A stretch of DNA of 48,876 bases from Craspedostauros australis. Taxonomy: Eukaryota. Shown here piece by piece: positions 43,701 through 48,876 of this stretch; positions within the stretch are counted from its first letter, which is position 1, and every line of letters begins with the position of its first letter. Under the pieces are notes generated by a model. It saw nothing but the letters and a program-made list of their open reading frames with translations, searched no databases and was not told where the DNA came from. Position numbers and translations under genes: made by a program. Where the stretch lies: assembly GCA_030167865.1 (NCBI GenBank), contig JALAGF010000378.1, forward strand, positions 1-48,876, given 5' to 3'.

Positions 43701-46700
43701 ACAACCATCAGCGCCGTTCCAATGGTTGCAGCATTCTTCAGCCGTTCATCCTCTTCTGATGTACCCTTGCTATCTCGCGGACTTCTCTCGCTCTTCTCCA
43801 AAGCATTAGCGTTGTCCCTCTCATCCTGCAAGATTGCCATAGAGTGGTTTGAAATGCGCACATGGTAGAATGCCAGCATTCAGCAGAAAGGGACCATTGG
43901 CAGTGCAACGTTTGGTGAGATGGAGTGGGAATCGTCGAAAACATGCTCGGTTGCAACACCAGGTCTCGATCACAACCGATTTTTACAACGGGCGATAATG
44001 GGGGACTGGTGCACAGCTGTGGTAGCAATTCCAGTGATATCAGCAATTGCATCAGCAGCAGCGATGTCGTCAGCACACAGCACTCAGCAACACTTCGCAA
44101 CGCATCACAACTCACATCTGTCTTCTTGTATCGCGTGTTGGTGCGCTGTTTTTCCAAACCCAGAACTTGACTTTGACTGAACAGCCAGTTGTCCAGTCCT
44201 TCGCGTTTCGCGGGGCTAAAAGACGTGTTGATCCACATTTGCTTCCAGTGCCGCACCAACCCAAACAACCGCAAGGTCGTGATGCCCAGGATGAAACGCC
44301 CTCTCATCGCAGTCGCGTAGTCGTCGGAAAGAACGGAATCCAACGATGCCTGGAGGCGGGAGAATTCCCCGCGTCGCGTGCACATGTCTACATCCGAGAG
44401 GCAGCTGAACTCTGGAATGAATGTGAGCAACGCCAAACCCTCGAAAAAGAGATGGAAGGTGTTCACATGTCGCGCGGTGGACGGTGCAAACGCCTTGTCC
44501 GTCGTAATGAGGTCGTAGTAACCGGCCGGGCGAATGATTGCTTCAAAGAGGAGCTCCAACGCAAGAATGCTCCAAATCACGCTGTTGTTAGAGGACACGA
44601 TGTAGATGATGGGAAATGCGAAAGAAAAGTTGTAATTTCACCAAGGCAAGGCACAAATGTGTGAGAATACGCCTGCGATGCAAAGTTGCTTTGGTCTGTG
44701 CATCAGCCAATGCGCAAGCATGTCCCTTTCATATGCTTGTTGAGCTGATGCCACACAAACGACACAATGCATGGCAATCGCATCGCAACGCATCTTCGCA
44801 CAACCATCTCGTTGACGGCTGTTCGCGTTCGCGCTTGCATCTGCACTTACACACCGGCGACTGCAACTCCGTAATCGAATTCCGCGGGAATGAAGGCCAG
44901 GTTGGCCAGTTCCAGGAACAGGAAGGAGAAGCTGCAGCAGACGAGAAGATTGATCACAGTGATCCGGAGCCTGCAGGCGAAGGGCGCGTCACCGAACAGA
45001 AGCTTGGTGACGATCATTTTGAGGTTCATCCTTTGCTTCCTGTAGTACGGAACCATGCGATCCTCGAAGAACTGAATCGGCCACATGATGGCAATCCAAA
45101 AGCAATCTGCGAAGTGCTGCGCGGCGCCGACTTCTTCTGGCTTGTCTTGCATGGATCGCACCGTCCTGCCCGCGGCGCGGTATGCCGATTGAATTGCAAC
45201 CGGATCTCGAAGGGGTTCCATCCAATCTGTGAACGGGACAGAGGCGGAGCAGAACAATATCCGTAGTTCAGCAATGTTGATCATGGAGAAATTACGACAA
45301 TGCAGAAGTTATGAAATCGTTAGCTTGGCACTGCATGACCATGCATGGTCGAAAACCAAACCAAATCAAACCAAACCAAGCCGATGAAAGGAAACAATGT
45401 TGCTGATGCAAGCACCAACATGCAATGAAATGCGATGCAACGCCATCTCCATTCACATGCATTTTGGCGAATCTGCACCGAATTTTGCGATTGCACTTGT
45501 GTATACTTACTGGAATCCGCCCGCTGTTCCATCCCCGTGTCGGCACGGGTGACGGTGTAGTATCTGGCATCCTCATCGAAGTGAGCATGCTTGACCGTCG
45601 ACAGAACATACGCGTACGGGCCGCTCCTCTCCGCTTCGGATTGACCCTCGCCTTGCGGAAATCCAACGGCATTGACGGGCGCGATCGTGCAAAGATCCTT
45701 CGGATAGTCCTTCTCGGCAGTTACATTGAGCAACGTGAGGTTGACCAGGACTGTCTCGTTGATGGCGAATTGCTGATTGCGCTTGTTGGCCGCCTCTCCG
45801 GAGACGCTCGCGCTGACAACCGCGGCTGCCGCAGCCACATTCTCCCATTCGTTGTTCGCATCTTGATTCTTGAAAACCTCGATCGCCGCCTCCAGCTCGT
45901 TCCTTCCTGTGCCCGTCGATCCGGACCCATTGCGTGAACTGATGGCCAACGATAGGTTTTGCCGTCGTGTTGACCGTCGCTTGCGTGATCGCACGCTGCC
46001 CAACAGACCGTGTCCCGAACCGGAGGATTGGGAATGCGTTGTCTCGTCGCTTTGGGATGCCAGCGAGCCAGACAAGGGAGCGTGGATTTTGACCGATGGG
46101 CGGCGCAGCGTGGCGGAGTGTCGCCTCGATGTTTCGACGCCCTGCGCATTTGGAACAGAGATGGAGAGCGGTCTCCGGCGCTCCACACGATGGTGTTCGT
46201 GCGGAAGCCCGGGCGACAACGAGTCCAATCCCGCTCTGGCTGGTGCGGAATTGAAGGATCCCTCCGACTCAGCGTGAGACGTGCGCCGCGAGGCCGGGCG
46301 GTACGATGAGCGGCGCTGCCGACCGGGGTCAATGAGGTCGTTGATGCTCATGGGTTCGTAGCCGTACTTTTCAAGATCTTCACCGTTGCCATCCTCGGCC
46401 TCGGTTCCCATGGAGTCGTCCCGGACTGGACCGAGAGTCGGATTCCACTGGTAGTCCATGCTCATGGGCTTGTATCCCAGGTTCTCGAATTCATCCGCCT
46501 CCTCTGACTCGTCAGTAGTGAGGATCATGCCCCCCGGCGATTGTCGTGCTTCGGAACCAGCGGTGAAAGGCCTGTCCCCAAGCCCGCCACGGAGGCCGCC
46601 GACGGCACCGTCGCTCATGCCAGCGCGGCCTCCGCTGAAGTGCATGGCGCTGTTGATGAGTCCTTGATCGTCATCGTCGTCAACGTCGTCAACGTCGTCA

Positions 46701-46861
46701 TCACCACCGTTCGATCCACTCCCAACACCGATTCCCATACCCGCGCCATTGAGATCGGCGTCGGTATCGTCATCGTCGCTGTCCAGATCCCCGGCATCAA
46801 GCACAGCAGCGGCCAGGGCCATCTGATCCAGCAAGCTCCCCCTCCTATTGCGGTCGGACAT
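40733..46861 (-). CDS. Multi-TM, ion-channel-like class III nucleotide cyclase (Paramecium/Plasmodium AC-alpha architecture) with degenerate metal site; exons 46861-45511, 45226-44851, 44581-44116, 43825-43674, 43374-42889, 42563-42433, 42189-40733; ~1472 aa
   Basis: Six GT-AG introns that all preserve the frame; about 6 TM segments; ETKQLINAIAKIADLL..WGVAGAGII; GWAVEGAVGSEYKIDATYLSPHVNMASRM; C-terminal TPR-like YLSGKWTSA...APLDWDAVRPLLSK. Confidence 0.88.
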
Positions 46862-47777
46862 CGTTTTACCGGCCGTCAACCCACCGGCCGCGTTTATCGA
46901 CTGGAATGGAATCTTGCCTGTTTTCTGTGTCCCGAATGTGAACTCGGCGACCTCAATGTGCAATCAAATCGAAGCCGCTTCACTTCTCCTTCTCTCCCCT
47001 TCTGGTCTTTTCTCGTGCGAAGGTCCTCTACCGTGAACAGTGCAATATACCACGCTCCTGTTTTTTGATCTGTCTCTCTTTCACGCCGTAGCAGTGCTCT
47101 CTTGGTATTGGTGATTTGTGTGAGTAGAGTACTTGTGCAACACTCTTCATGTGATGTATCCACAGAGAAGAGTATTTGTGCGAAGTCTGTGTGTTCCTTG
47201 CGAAAGTGCCGCTCTGTGCTGTCCTTCTGGGCGCCAAGCAAGCGGAAGAAGGCGGTCGCAGCGGAAGGTCGCGGGCAGTCTTCGTCGTTTTCTCTCTTCT
47301 CTTTGGAGTGTCACTCTGCGTGCACGCGTACGAACAGGTTGTACCACGAGTTCGTGCAATTGTGCCAGGAACCCGCGTTGTGTCGTGTCTGTCTGTTCGG
47401 AAGTCGTCGATTGATCACTTCGACTAAACATGACACACTTGAGTGACAAGACCAGCAGTCGGTCCTGGAGGGGTGGCAACATACGGAGATTTAAACTAAA
47501 CCACTCACATATTCATATACTAGATAAATTGTAAGATACATGGCGGGCGTAGATTTTTGCTCTAAGGTCTTAATTTCATTTTTATGAACCCTTCAATTTT
47601 GCACGCATCTAGAAACGACTATCGCACTACGTCCAGACTCGGTTTACTGGTGCCTTGGCTGGTCTAGCCAAAAGAAGGATGGCCGATGTCAACTTCAATG
47701 CAATTTCAATGCAATTGTATTTTTTAGTCCCTCCATTGTAGCAAACAACACTGACGCAGCAATTGTGCTTTCACATC

Positions 47778-48428
47778 TTATTCCACCATCTCAGGAGACT
47801 CCGTATTTTCCGTCATGGTTTGTGCCTCATACGCAATTCGCTCCGATGTTTCGTTTTCTTCTTGTTGCAGCACGATTTCCTCCTCTTCTGCTGTTGTTTG
47901 TTGTACAGGCACGATTCCTGTGTCAGTGTTGTTTGCGTTCGTCGGTGGTTGGGTAATTGTTGTGTTCATTGTGTTCGTTGCGTTTTGTTGGAATGTGCGA
48001 TTCCGTTCGTTGTTGGTCATGATTTCAACGTCACACTCGTTGTCGAAGGTCGCGTCTTTGAGCACAGGAGGCAAGAGCCTGTCTGTTGTAGGTGGCAGAA
48101 TGTGCTGCTTACCATCCATATCCAATAGAGGCAACAGCTTCTCAGCAGTAGATGGCGCGGACAGTTCCTTGCCATCGATCGGATTGGATGGGAAAGGCAC
48201 ACAGATGGAGAGGATGGCATACGTTGTTTCTTGGAGGGGGAGGATTGGCGTCTTTGGGCACAGCTTTCGTGGCAGAGACGAGCATGATGTTGATTGATTG
48301 ATACTGAAGGGTGGATGGAGAAGACTAGTATGGATGGAAGTGACCTGGGCAGGAGGAAGGCAAGAAGGTGATGATACACACGCTGCATGAACAAGCAACA
48401 GACACACCACACCACCGCAGAGAAGCAA
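47778..48428 (-). CDS. Possible low-complexity hypothetical ORF (T/N/E-rich C-terminal half)
   Basis: 216-codon ORF with no recognisable domain. The start is uncertain and the 5' half looks non-coding. Confidence 0.2.
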   Translation of the reverse strand: MLLCGGVVCLLLVHAACVSSPSCLPPAQVTSIHTSLLHPPFSINQSTSCSSLPRKLCPKTPILPLQETTYAILSICVPFPSNPIDGKELSAPSTAEKLLPLLDMDGKQHILPPTTDRLLPPVLKDATFDNECDVEIMTNNERNRTFQQNATNTMNTTITQPPTNANNTDTGIVPVQQTTAEEEEIVLQQEENETSERIAYEAQTMTENTESPEMVE

Positions 48429-48876
48429 AGGTTGATTCTGTGCTGAAATGTGAGGAGACTTGCAACGTGGTCACAGCGACAATTTTGAACGTGTATTATA
48501 ACGTGTAATAACGGTTATTGGCTACAAGAATGTGTTCGAATAGATCAAACGATGACAATGTTGAAAAGGCAAGTTCTGTCCGCAACCCGTCAATACACGG
48601 TCTTTCCCGAACGTGTCCGAGAGCATCGCGTTGTTTGCGTTGGAAAGACTGGCAAATACCATGCGATCGTCACGGAGAACGGTGCATGTTCGACGAAGAG
48701 GACCGAAAATCTACAAAGGTCCATAAGAGCCCCTCGAGTGAGTCGACCAACACTTTGAAATAGACCTCTTGGATTTTTGTCTCCGTTGTCCAAACCAAGC
48801 ACATATTCGTAATCCCTGTAGGTCTAATACAAATAATTAACCATTACATTTTTGAGTTAGATCCTATTTTAAGTTT

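Noticed and set aside
47655-47671. Short hairpin TTGGCTGGTCTAGCCAA
   Set aside because: An isolated 6-7 bp stem is expected by chance in 49 kb.
1-48876. CRISPR arrays, prokaryotic operons or defence systems, intact transposons
   Set aside because: The sequence is spliceosomal-intron-containing eukaryotic DNA. I saw no regularly spaced repeats and no transposase, RT or integrase motifs.

Overview
This is a gene-dense eukaryotic nuclear window, most likely from a diatom; two genes have bipartite ASAFAP-type plastid presequences and one has RXL/KxxK silica-type motifs. It holds about 16 protein-coding genes. I mapped 16 GT-AG introns (231-487 nt) by hand, and all restore the reading frame. Recognisable genes encode ATAD5/ELG1, PRKRIP1, a plastid PhyH dioxygenase, a NELF-A-like protein, a bacterial-type acetylpolyamine amidohydrolase, Tousled-like kinase, an EVE-domain protein, CCDC25, KIN17, cytosolic ThrRS, a plastid trigger-factor N-domain protein, an eIF4A-III-like helicase and a 7-exon multi-TM class III cyclase. 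Four observations stand out. (1) The ion-channel-type cyclase has lost both metal-binding Asp residues but keeps the K/D/N/R residues, suggesting an obligate heterodimeric 'half' cyclase. (2) Every intron has a 77-264 nt AG-free zone, usually with a CTCAC/CTAAC motif near its 5' edge, suggesting systematic distant branch points. (3) There is a full-architecture NELF-A homologue in a protist. (4) There is a silaffin-like type I membrane protein. I recognised no RNA genes, CRISPR arrays or intact transposons. All family calls come from motif recognition, not database searches.
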